Shown here: one piece after another, positions 53,313-64,000 of the stretch
Layout: each line of letters begins with the position of its first letter
Numbering within the stretch: position 1 is the stretch's first letter
NCBI RefSeq assembly: GCF_036321535.1
Contig: NC_087446.1
Location: forward strand, 58,342,001-58,406,000
Reading direction: 5' to 3'
Source of the DNA: Camelus dromedarius
Lineage: Eukaryota
DNA: 64,000 nucleotides
Translations under genes and position numbers: made by a program
The notes under the pieces: model-generated
The model's database searches: none
The model's input: the letters and a program-made list of their open reading frames with translations, nothing else
What the model was told of the DNA's origin: nothing

Positions 53313-54687
53313 AACTGGAGGCTAGGAGGAAACTAACTACCACAAAGTGAGGGAGCTTAATTTAAAAAATATACTTTTGTTTCAGGGGGCTTTTAAAGAC
53401 TTAAGATTAAATTGTGTCTGAGGCACTGATGATAAGTTTGAGTTTAAAATATAAATTAAGATTTTAAAAGATGAAAAGTGACCCTTCTTCCCTAACCACC
53501 TCTTTCCCCTGCCTGGTATGAGTTGCCCATCAACTGTTGATGACCAGGACTAATGCATGTGGTATGCGTTAGGTTTGCCACCCCCTAGTCTCCAGAGAGA
53601 GAATCTGACTCCTCTTTCCCTGGGTCAAAGCTGGTTGCAGAGAATCTGCTGTCACTTCAGAGCTTTTGGTTCTATTCTGCCCACCCTTTAATAGGCCAGC
53701 AAACCAGGACTCTGCCCCTTCTGTTTCCATAGGAATCATGTTGGATCGTCAGCTGTACCAAGCCCCATTAACCTCCCATGCACACAGACACTTCCAAGCA
53801 AGGCCTATTGGTTATGCTTTGGCTTTTTTTTTTTTAATGCTACCACATGATCTTTATAAAGGCCATGGCATTTGTTGTGACTGGCACCCAGTGTTTGATT
53901 TTTATTTTATCTTTTTAAAGTTATCCCATTAAAACTAAGATCTGGGAGTGTTCTGTTGCCCACTACTTTAATACTCACCTCCTTCCAGATTTCCTATACC
54001 TGCTGCGCCTCAAGCCGAGGTTGCTCTGGACTGTCCCCTCTTGGTCACTGTTAGAGGCCTCTTTCACGGGTTGTATATAGCACTGTCTGATCTGTGGTCT
54101 TTCCTAGTCATTTGGATTTATCAGTGCTTAACATAAGCTAAGCTTTTTACTTCCACAGAACACAAACCACTACCCTTTGGCTTTTTTCCCCTTTAACATG
54201 CTATGGGCTATAGAATAGAGACTTGGGGATGACTGACATTTCTTCCCAGAGGTGCTAGCACCTCTTTCTGAACAGGGAAATGATTTAAGATTGGACATGG
54301 TCTCCTTTGAATATCAAGTACTGGGACTGAGGGCATTAAAAATAGTAAACCTCCCTCCTCATCCCCTGCCACAAGCAGATATCCCTTTATTTATCAGGGT
54401 CCTTAATCCTGCACCTTCCCCAAGAGCTCACAGTACAGTGTTTGTTTTTAGAAGCCCCATATGCACAGGTTTCCAATGACTCAGAATGCTCTACTGCCTT
54501 TTCTTTTTAAGAAAGGATTGAAATACACTCCTGCTGTGCCCCTTTCCTCCCTCGCAACTCCTGCCTGTGTTTGTGTGGATCCCTAATCCCCAGAACCACG
54601 CTGTTGAGATGGATAATACTGTCTGTAAACCCCTGGGTAACTGTCAAGTCATAATGCAGACTTCAGGTTGTTCTGTATAAAATACAA

Positions 54688-54693
54688 AATAAA
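54688..54693 (+). terminator. CS distal polyadenylation signal
   Basis: AATAAA followed by U-rich sequence about 1.4 kb after the stop; a proximal ATTAAA is present at about 53928. Confidence 0.75.
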
Positions 54694-55462
54694 TGTTTTT
54701 ATTAACAATGCTTGAGCCTATTAAATAAGGTCTAAAAGAGTCTCTATTATGAGGTAAGGAATCTGGCTAGCAAGATCCTAGACTTAGTGGATTATAAGTT
54801 ATCCTGTGTATCCCTTTATCTTGAGGCAGGTTTGGCATTCATTTACCCTAATTAGAAGACAGGCTCCCTGTGAGATTTCCAAAGGTGATTTTTGTCTTTC
54901 TTCAAGGTTAGAAGTCTTTGACCTTTAGCCCCCATCCTTCCTAAATTTGTTGTAAGGTAGAAGCCTCAAGGACTAGAGCTGAGACCTCACAACTGCTTAT
55001 GTGACTGATCCAAGGAAGCTAGTCCAGCCCACTGGGTGAAAGGTACAAACGATACCAAGGGCAAACAGGATGGGACTGCTGGCTCAGGATCTGCACCTCT
55101 AGAGCGCTCGGGTACTTCACTGAGTGCCTATTCTTTGCAGCCTCTGTTAAGGAGACCCCCCAAAATAAGAGGTAGTCCTGTGGGCATCAGTTATATAGGA
55201 GGTCTGAGACCAGATTGCTCTGTCCTGAGAATCCTGCAACAACTGACCTTCTGAAAAAGTCTATAAATAGGCAAGGGAGTGGGTACTAGGTCCTGGCTTG
55301 TAGAATGTGCTACTATAGTTAGCAGGGACATTATGTCCAAGAGGCCTTCTTGCACCTTCACTCCCCTAGGGAAGGAAGCCATGACTTTTCTTCTTTGCTA
55401 TACCTACATCATTCCCCTCCGAAAAACAATATAAAAAGCCAAATTCACACTGTCATAACTTA

Positions 55463-55468
55463 TTTATT
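55463..55468 (-). terminator. COQ10A polyadenylation signal
   Basis: TTTATT on + about 630 nt beyond the stop, convergent with the CS 3' end. Confidence 0.7.
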
Positions 55469-56094
55469 GAAATTTTATAAAAACTCAGGCCAAGTGGAAG
55501 AATAAGATACAACCCAAGAGTACAACTGTTCAGTGTTTTTTGCTCCTTGCCCCTGTGGCACTGGTGGTAAGAAAGCCCTTCGCTCTCCACTATCCAGGCA
55601 GCATGGAAATACTCTTAAAGTGAGGTCATATGGATTTCAAGCTGGGGCCAGATTTCGGGCATCTGAGGCTTTCAGGCAGGCAGAGTTATTGACCACCCAA
55701 CAGCTCTCTGTCAGAGGAAAGAGCTCAATGAATTCAGTCCTTAAAAAGTTGCTGTCTTTCCCTGGTCACACACTAAGGCACTTTGACAAGAGCTGAGATA
55801 ACTCTGTAGTCCTGATTATAATTCAGTGTGAGAAGGTTGCAGGCATCAAGCATTCAGGGCTCTCAGGATGAGCCTGACCATTTCCAAGGCATTTCTCCTT
55901 TCCATACCTCCCTGCCTTTTCTTTCTCCCAGCATTTCCAGCCAGCTTAGAGCCCAGTGTCTGGGGAATTGAGAGGGAGAATAGTATTACGAACACAGATT
56001 CTTCTCTCAGATTAGAGCAGGAGCCAAATGAAATAAATAAGAGAACTGGGTGGGAAGGGAGAGGAGAGGAGAGGCTAGGGAACAATCCTTTGCC

Positions 56095-58676
56095 TCAAGT
56101 CTGGTGCACCTCATGGAACATCATTTCACGGGGGATGATTGTTTCTGGACCAAACTTGGTTGCTGCCCGGCGCTCGAAAGCAGCGACATTCTTTTTGACA
56201 ACCTCATCAAAAAACATGGCGGCCAGCTTGGAGTGCAGCAGAGAACGAAATTCAAAGGAAATCTGGGGATGGGTAAGAGATGGTCAGAAACTCTTCAAGA
56301 CTATGTTGGATAGTCCCTGGACAAATGCAAGGATACTATTCAGTGCCTTTTCCTCCCTCCCCCTCCATTTCCTTAATCCTCTCAAAAGCCCCAGAACTGA
56401 GTACAAAGTACAGGTTTAATACAAGCTCAGACCTGTGGAAAGCATCACTGACTTGGAAAATGCTAAGTGCTAGCTATGCTTTAAAGAATAACCGTCACAA
56501 TACTTCATTCAGTTCATCCCCTACAACCCAGTGGTAACCCTGTGCTACACAGCCTCTTGACTCACCGAAAAGTCCACAGTGCAAGTTCGGGGATAGGCAG
56601 GAATACCAGGGCTAAACCGCCAAATGGTCTCTAAGTGGTTGAAGAGCTTGCCATCAGTGCAAACAGCCTACAATAGGACAATTAGTTAAACAATATTACA
56701 ATGGAATAAAGCCTGTGTCAAGTATAGGAGACATTAAGAAGGAATAGAAAGCCATTTTCCTTTCCTTCTAATATTTTATTAGGGAAATATTTGACACATG
56801 GAGACAAAAACCATTACAAGGAAAGGCAAAATAGCCCTTAAATACAAAACTGCCAGAGAACTCAGAAAAAACTTCCTGATCAGTCCCTCCCAGATTGGCC
56901 TCACCTTGACCATGTGAGGTTTGACCATGGAAACAGCAGAAGTATAACGTTCCACGACAGGTGGAAAGCCAACCTCCAACTGGGCCTTCAGGTGACCTTT
57001 GCGGCTGGAGACCACCAAAGACTTCTTACACCAGGGCACAAATTCACGATACTCCTGGACATTGGCTACCACCTCGTACATCTCCTGCATTGAGTACCTA
57101 GGGGGAGGAATCACAGGGAGAGGCCAAGGAACTGCCATCTGGGCCAGGTTCCTCCTTGCCCAGGCACCCTCACCTCATACTTTTGCCCACTAACCATGCA
57201 CCTTCAGGAGCTGGAGAACCCAAATAAGCCAGGATGAATGACTTCCCAAAAGCAAATGTGCAGATTTCCATGATGTTCATGTTACCGTAAGTTTTGAGGT
57301 TTACAGAATGCTTTTGCATTTACTATCTGTTTTGATCTTAAGAGGGACCATCTAGGGAAAACAGGTTGTCAGTTTTACTAGTGATCACGCAAGGAGTCAG
57401 ATCGCAGCTTTACAAATTTCTGACAATGTGGCCTTGGATAAATTACCTGTCTCCATTATCTCCTCTGTAAGTCATAGGTAATAATAGTACCTGAGTCATA
57501 GGTTTGTTGAGGTAATCATGAGGAAATCTATGGTAAAACACCTAAGCATCCTAACTGCCGGCAATAGCAAGTGCTCAATAATTTAGTTCTCATCCTGCTC
57601 AGAATACATAGTTCTGCAGAGAAATAATATCCTGTTGTCTTACGTTATTGTCCAACCCTAGTCATGTTTCACTTAATGCACATGCACAGCAACCAAGAAG
57701 GGGGGAATTAAGGTTGGAAGGCTGGTAGAGGAGGATAAAGGGTCAGTAATGTAGCTGGGGAGAGGGATGACCAAGGATGAATCTTGCCCAGTATCGCTAC
57801 CTTTACTTTCTAGCCCGGACATGGCATTTTGTTTGGAGGGAAAGGGAATGTGGAGGGATGGTGAAGAGGAGAGGATGCTCACCCCATGATCCTACGCTCC
57901 GAGTAAGCCTTTCGCTTGTTGGTGAAGGGGGCAGCAAAGCCCATGAAGGAACGGCTGGGAGGTAAGCCAGCCTCAGGCGCCAAGACCTGGGCAGCTCGGG
58001 GCAAGAAGAGGCTGCAGGAGATCAGAACTCTAAGGCCAAAAGGAAAGGAGAGAGACAACGTCACGATTCTTTCTTTGTGTCCCTCAACCATTCCCAGGGG
58101 AAGGGGAAGAGGGGCGCATCCCAGAGGAAGGTCGTCCAGACAAGCTTTTCCTGTAGCACCTGCTGCAGTCGGCCAGGCTCCCTGGCCAGGCAGTCACGAG
58201 TGCGAAAGGTCGAGAGCAGCTGAGGACGGTGCCGGGGGAGGAGATGGGGAAAAGTGGGGTGAGTGCGAAGCGCCAGCTGCCTTTGGGGGCTACCCTACTG
58301 CTGAAAGCGAAGACTCTCAGGCAGCATCACAGTCCCAGGGGCCTCTTCAAGCTGCGCCCGCGAGGGGCAAGTGGGAATTTGCCTCGGTAATAACTTGCAA
58401 AAGCTTTCCCCAAAGCTCTGCATTAGACCCCAGGATACGACCGCTGCCGCCCCCCGCCGCGCCTGCAGCCAGAGTTTCAATCCTCCACCGCGGAACTTCG
58501 GGGTCCTGGGCGACCCCCTTTGCTCGGGTGCGGACATCCGCACCTCCCTCTCACCTCATTGGTCCCGGCGGTCGCAGAGGGCCCGGGGGCGGGGCCGGGT
58601 GCTGCGAGAGGCCGCAACAGCCTCGCGTCGCCGCGCGCGTCCCGGCCGGGAGCCGTCGCGCACCCGCCGAGGCCAT
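56095..58676 (-). CDS. COQ10A: Coenzyme Q-binding protein COQ10 homolog A (START-domain), 243 aa
   Basis: Exons 58676-58555 ([16 protein letters not shown]), 58029-57883, 57097-56905 ([26 protein letters not shown]), 56667-56566, 56262-56095 (FHEVHQT*); 732 nt with GT-AG boundaries. Confidence 0.96.
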
Positions 58677-59050
58677 GCGCGCGACCCTCCCTTACTCCCT
58701 CCGCTCTGTTACCCGCTGCGCCCTCCTCACTCTAGAGGAAGAGCGCAGGGAAGCGGCCGCCGGGCGGGTTCAGGGCCCCGAGCACAGGGGCGGCGCGGGG
58801 CGGTGGCTTCTCTCGCCCTGCTCCCGCCCGGGCGGCCGGGTAGTCAGAACTGAAGCCGGGACCGCGGCTCCAGCAGCTCCCAGTACCCCCACGTCACGCC
58901 GTTGCCATGGATCGGGACCAGGAGATGGGGGAAGGAAGGGGACCACGCGGCCTGTCGGGAGATGTAGTTTCACACCTCTGGCGAGAAAGGGCGCTGCAGT
59001 GGGTGTTTGAGAAGCTTGCAGATATGGCCCAGTGGAGCGAGGTCGCCAGG
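58200..59050 (-). promoter_or_regulatory. COQ10A CpG island promoter
   Basis: CpG-rich region around exon 1; ZNF143-type CGGGAGATGTAGT 58956-58968. Confidence 0.75.
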
Positions 59051-61377
59051 CAAACTACTTAGCGAGTCTGTGGTCAGGAACCTGATACATAAGCACTGAG
59101 GCGATTTCATGGGCGTGTCAACAGCAGACACTCGTTGGTCTTCTGAACGTCTGTCTTTGAACCGTTACCAGATTCTGCCTTGTTTATAGCTAGAAGTTCC
59201 ATTCATCATTGTAGCCTCCGTGGTGCCTAATACACCTGGTACACCCTTGAGAAGGGAAATTAACGTACCAACCTCTGGGCTAAGACTTTGCATAGTTTTT
59301 TCTGTTACTATTTATAGAAAGAATTCGGGGTAGGAAGAACCAGACTTACTTTTAGGGTAGAGAATCATCTTTCACTTTTGGGGAAGAGAACCATCTTTGT
59401 CTGGAAAAGTGTGCACTTTATGGAGGTGAGACCTCATGAACAAGAACCCAGGCAAGGAAATGTCACTACACTGCTTTCAATCATGATACAAGGAGGGGGA
59501 AAAAAGCTCTCAACAGAAGTGGGGAGAAGGAAAAAAAGTGGGGAGAGAGAAGAGAGAAATCAGATATTAGAGAGAGAGACTGGATCTGGTGGGTACAAGA
59601 GCCCTTGAAATTCTCCTACGGCAGAGTAGAGGAAGGACATTTTGAGAAAGGTGGTGCCTGCTGTTGCATTTAAAGATGTTTATGGTACTATAGTGCAAGC
59701 CTCTCCTTTGTTTTCTTTCTAAGTCTTTAGTCATGCTCTCCACATTCAGGAAAGTTTCATCTGAGTAGTGTTGTGGAGGTGAGGGTGAGGAGCTAAAATA
59801 ATTAGAGTCTGTATTGCCTTTTGGGTCTAACTGGTATGGAAGAGAGACATCTTGCCCAGAAATAGGGGCCTGGAAACAGATATAAATCCTCCAACCCCCG
59901 CCCCCCGTCTCCTTGAGATTGGCATTAATTTTGGGAATTCCACGGGATTTGAGTTGATATAAAATGCGAGCCCATTTTATCTGGATTTCGAGGAACAGGA
60001 GCCCTCCCATAAAACTCTGGCTTATATTTAACATTTTGTAAGAAAAGCATTTTAATCCTTACTTTATATTATACATACATGAAGTCCCAAATTGGGGAAT
60101 GGTCTCACCTCTTTTTTTCTTTTAACATTTCTTCTTTCTCCCTCAGCACTCCCACCCCCACCATTAAGATACAGTATCTCCTTCGAGGAGCCACTCTCAG
60201 AAAGGCATGTGACTTTAAGGAACAGACTTACCCTTTCCAAGCCCACTCTCTTGTCCAGCCCCACTCCCTCTGACTAAGGGCTTACACATGTGAGACAGCT
60301 GCTTAGAATGAGCAGAAAGGATTTGGTCAGATAAAGACAGAAATTAACTGAGATACATGACTAAATTGTGACCTCTTTTAACACTATGCCTTAACCGAGT
60401 TAACTGCTGCAGAGTCCCCAAGGTACAATAGGCCTGCCAAGCCAATTTGCTTGTTGTCCCCCCACTAATTAGATTAGGTAATTATTGCCATTTAAACTTC
60501 TCCTAGTTCATTCCATGTTCCTGAAACAACCAACTTCCTGCTATTTTCCTGTCATTCTACATCGATAACTTCCTTCAAGTATTGACTCAAAACACACCTC
60601 CTCCAGAAAGACCTTCTTGACTGAACCCATCTCTCAACATTACTGTGAACACATAATGCTGCATGAAGTAGCATGAATCCTATATTCTCTAGTGGTTTCA
60701 CATGTATATGTATATTCTACTGTTATGAACTCCACAGAAATAGACACCATTACTTCAAAGTTTCTACCTCCAAACCAGGCTGAATACAATGATGAATCCT
60801 CAATCAACATTTGTTACAAGACTGAAAACTGAGGCTTGAAGACAGGGAGGCATCTGTCTAAAGTTATTCAAATATGAATTCAGTAGTCGAATCCAGAAGG
60901 ACTGTTTGCATAAGAGAGCTTTGCCACCACTTCCGGCCTCCTCCTCCCCCCAACACTATGCATCTCCCTGAGCTCTGGAAGTATCTGTGTTACCTACATC
61001 ACAGTCCTTTTTTCCCTACTGGGAAATCCTCTTTCTGTGCTCTGAATAATATTAAAAATAACTCTTCTAGCCCTTCCTCCTCCTTTTAGCTGCCTAGAGA
61101 ACCCGTCTGGCAGATTCCCTTGTTCACCTCCACTCAGGAGCCAGAACTAGGCACGTGACCCCAGCTCAACCCCTGACTCCAATTCCTCAGGTTACCAAGA
61201 GCTATTTTGGGCAATGGAGGCCATGTAGTCCCCTCCTCCCTATCCTCTGGGCCATATCCTAGCTTAGCCCTTCCTGGAAGGTCCATCATAGCCAATAGCC
61301 AAGTCAACTTGTCCCAACACCCATATCCAGTGGATCCCCAGCTACCTTCATTTCTACATCTTCAGCCTCATCGTCTT

Positions 61378-61400
61378 CATCATCATCATCATCATCATCA
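61378..61400 (+). repeat. (CAT)7 microsatellite
   Basis: Read directly; intergenic. Confidence 0.95.
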
Positions 61401-61650
61401 AGCATTAAGTGTCTGTTCCCATATGCAGCTCTACCTGAGCTACAAAGAAAACTTAATGTATATACTTGCCTTCAGAGAGCTCAACATCCTTTTTTTCATA
61501 GAAAACCAAGCCAAAAACAACGTACAGTCCTGTGTTGGAAGACTGGCTAACAAGGAGTTTAAAATTCATTCTGAAACATTAGACTCCTGTATGTCAAAGA
61601 TGTAAGGTGAAATGAATGATAAAGGTGTGTAATTTAAACATGATTGTGAC

Positions 61651-61797
61651 TACAATACAGGGAATATAGCCAATATTTTATAATAACTGTAAATGGAGTA
61701 TAGCCTGTAAAAATTGAGTCACTATGTTGTACAGTTGTAACTAATATTTTACATCAACTTTATCTCTATTTTTTAAAAAGTAAAATAAAATAAAAAA
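61651..61797 (+). mobile_element. 5'-truncated L1 tail with 9-bp TSD
   Basis: GGGAATATAGCCAATATTTTATAATAACT...AAATAAAATAAAAAA; TSD GATTGTGAC at 61642-61650 and 61798-61806. Confidence 0.82.
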
Positions 61798-63084
61798 GAT
61801 TGTGACAGTCTAAGCTAAGTATGGAAATGTTAAGGAAACCTAACAAAAGGGAAAGAACATGTTAACCAGGGAAGACTTCCTGGAAGAGGTAAGTTTCCAG
61901 GAATACTGTGAACTTTTATTTTCAAAATGGTAAAAATTCAAAAAATTTAAAGGTATATAGTGAGAGGTAAATTTCCTTTTCATTCCTTATTCCCTGTTTC
62001 CCAGTTTTTCTCTCCAGGAAAAAACACTGGCACCAGTGTTGTGTGTATCCTTCCAGGGGAATCAAGATATTGAAGGTGATGAGGAGCATAGATTGTTGGA
62101 GAGCAACGGAGGGCTTTTATACCTCTACCTTGAGGGGGGCCAGTGTGCTACATTTCCTAAATGTGTTTCTTTCTTAGGACACATATTGAGTTGCTAAGCT
62201 CTGAACAGTACCTGAATCACCTTTTATAAATTGTACCAATTCTTCAATATCCATTTTTCTTCTCCCCTCTTTTTCCCTTTCTGGGATGGGATGACCTCCA
62301 TCCAGATCTTGCCTCCCTGGCTGCTCTCTGGCCTCTCCAATGGAGTGGGGTAAGCATCCCGACCGTTTTCTGGGGATAAACCGTTGAGCCTTTTAAAGTG
62401 TAGACACCCTATCACCTAAGCCTGGCAACAAAGTAATTAGGGAGTCAAAAAGCCCCCTTCTGCAGGCCTTGGAGGCCTTCTTCTACTGCCAGCTGTCCCA
62501 GCTTCTTCGTGGGGTCTGCAGCTGAGAGTCCTTGCGTTTTCTCTCTGCAGTTTGGCACTTTTGCTCTTTCCTTTCTACCCAACTCTTGTCACTGCCAGTG
62601 GAGACACGCGCCTTCCCTTCCTCTGGGACTATTGCTATATAACCCCCAGATCTCCACGCCCCTGCTTCCCCAAGTCTGTGGGGGGTTTTGGGGTGTGTAT
62701 CGCTGACAGGAGTTAGCTCCAGCAGAGGTATTGTGGGCTGGGTGAGATCTGGTCAGCTATCTGGTCCTCAGGTTGGAAGACACCGCAGGGTCAAGGCGCG
62801 AGTTCGCGCTAGGGTCTTGAGGGGGACGCCCCGGACCGCCAGACCGGAGCGGAGAGCACGGCGCGGCCAGCCTGGGCAGCCGGAGAACCAGCGCGCGAGA
62901 TGCTGGACGCCGGGGCCGCTCGACCGCTAGGGCGGGGCGGAGGGTGCCGCGGCCCGGGGCCGCCTGCGCGGCAAGCGCCCTGCGGCCGGACCCAGGACGG
63001 CCGCCAGGGAGCGCTGCAGGCTCCCGCTCGCCCGCCCCCCGGTAGGCGGGGCCGCGCTCTCCCCGCAGCCGCCGCCGCAGCCGC

Positions 63085-63224
63085 NNNNNNNNNNNNNNNN
63101 NNNNNNNNNNNNNNNNNNNNNNNNNNNNNNNNNNNNNNNNNNNNNNNNNNNNNNNNNNNNNNNNNNNNNNNNNNNNNNNNNNNNNNNNNNNNNNNNNNNN
63201 NNNNNNNNNNNNNNNNNNNNNNNN
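63085..63224. other. N gap (140 nt), probably covering the ANKRD52 start codon
   Basis: No MGILSITDQ-like exon is visible on either side of the gap. Confidence 0.85.
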
Positions 63225-63502
63225 TCCAGGGCCGGCCGCCGCCGCCACGCGAGCCCGGGGATGTGCGGCCTAGGCTGGGCCCGAGCCCGGGGCTCCCGCC
63301 CCGCCCCACGCCGCGCTCCCCTCAACCGAGCCGGTGTCCTTGGGGGCCTGGCGACCGGCGGAGACACCGCGGGAGCCCCCTGCAGCTAGGACCCCAGAGC
63401 GGAGCCCCTCCAGCGACGCCCCCCAAACCTGGTGCCCCCCCGCACCGCTCCCTTCCCCGGTTCTGCTCCGGCCCGCTCCCTGAACGCCGGTTCTCCCTGC
63501 AG

Positions 63503-63586
63503 CCGCCCCTGGTCCAGGCCATCTTTAGCCGAGATGTGGAGGAAGTGCGTTCCCTCCTCTCGCAGAAGGAGAACATCAATGTGCTG
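63503..63586 (+). CDS. ANKRD52: ANKRD52 (PP6 ankyrin repeat subunit C) coding exon 2; the gene continues beyond the window and coding exon 1 is probably inside gap 63085-63224
   Basis: CAG|CCGCCCCTG...GTGCTG|GTGAG encodes [28 protein letters not shown]. Lies in a CpG island in the expected syntenic position. Confidence 0.92.
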
Positions 63587-64000
63587 GTGAGTTGGGATCG
63601 GGGAGGATGGCGAGCCGGTAATCTGGGCCCTGGTGTTCTGGACCCCTCCCCACCAGTGGGGCGATTCCGTGTCTCCTCGGCTTGGGTGAGGCCACAGCTC
63701 TTTCCACCCTGGGATGGGCGACTGCTCCACATTCGGGGATGGAGAGCAGGTCAGACTTGGAGCACAGACCAGTGGAGCTGAGGATGCCCAGAAACGGTGT
63801 TCTCTTCTGAACCATCCGTGTCTGCAGCGCCCCCACCTCTCCTGGAAGAAGGCGACTCCGTCGCGGGCGCCGACCCTCTGACTCCACCCTCCCTAGGTGC
63901 TTGCTTTGACCTAGGATGGAGGCTTAGGAGGCTGCAGAATCTATGGGAAGAGGTTCTGGGGAAAGGCCTCGAACTCTAAGACTTGAGCTGGGGTCCTGGA

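Larger units (their letters stand above)
62780..63700 (+). promoter_or_regulatory. ANKRD52 CpG island promoter/5' region
   Basis: Very GC/CpG-rich, GC boxes, (GCC)n-rich leader running into the gap. Confidence 0.75.

Noticed and set aside
57916-59010. 364-aa plus-strand ORF antisense to COQ10A exons 1-2
   Set aside because: No ATG start, low-complexity R/G/A/P composition typical of CpG-island shadow ORFs, no recognisable domain.
61207-61605. 132-aa ORF with a His7 tract
   Set aside because: The tract is a (CAT)7 microsatellite in repeat-derived intergenic DNA; non-ATG start and no homology recognised.
62757-63781. Several long ORFs (up to 293 aa) in the ANKRD52 5' region
   Set aside because: Extended artificially by N runs and GC-rich sequence; only the 84-nt exon 63503-63586 is supported.

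Overview
Mammalian genomic window with the conserved gene order STAT2(+, last 13 exons) - IL23A(-) - PAN2(+) - CNPY2(+) - CS(+) - COQ10A(-) - ANKRD52(+, 5' end). It is probably from a camelid, judged from the tRNA-derived SINE family and artiodactyl-like proteins. Exons were traced by hand from GT-AG boundaries and recalled human orthologue sequences; no searches were run. The window also contains tRNA-derived SINEs and 5'-truncated L1s with target-site duplications (TSDs), an MLT1A-like solo LTR in IL23A intron 2, a MER2/Tigger MITE, MIR/L2 fossils, microsatellites and seven N gaps. No prokaryote-type systems are present. Best leads: (1) STAT2 has Asn at the position of the human T404 phospho-switch; (2) a SINE TSD duplicated the STAT2 exon 23 splice donor and the copy lost exactly its +1 G; (3) no canonical poly(A) signal was seen for STAT2 before the convergent IL23A 3' UTR; (4) a diverged partial duplicate of CS exon 3 plus its donor forms a candidate 19-nt poison microexon; (5) a CTCF + DR5 + perfect ERE cassette lies about 2 kb upstream of CS; (6) a decayed Tc2/pogo-like transposase sits in CS intron 6; (7) PAN2 and CNPY2 have uORF-rich leaders, and an in-frame CNPY2-CS read-through is possible.
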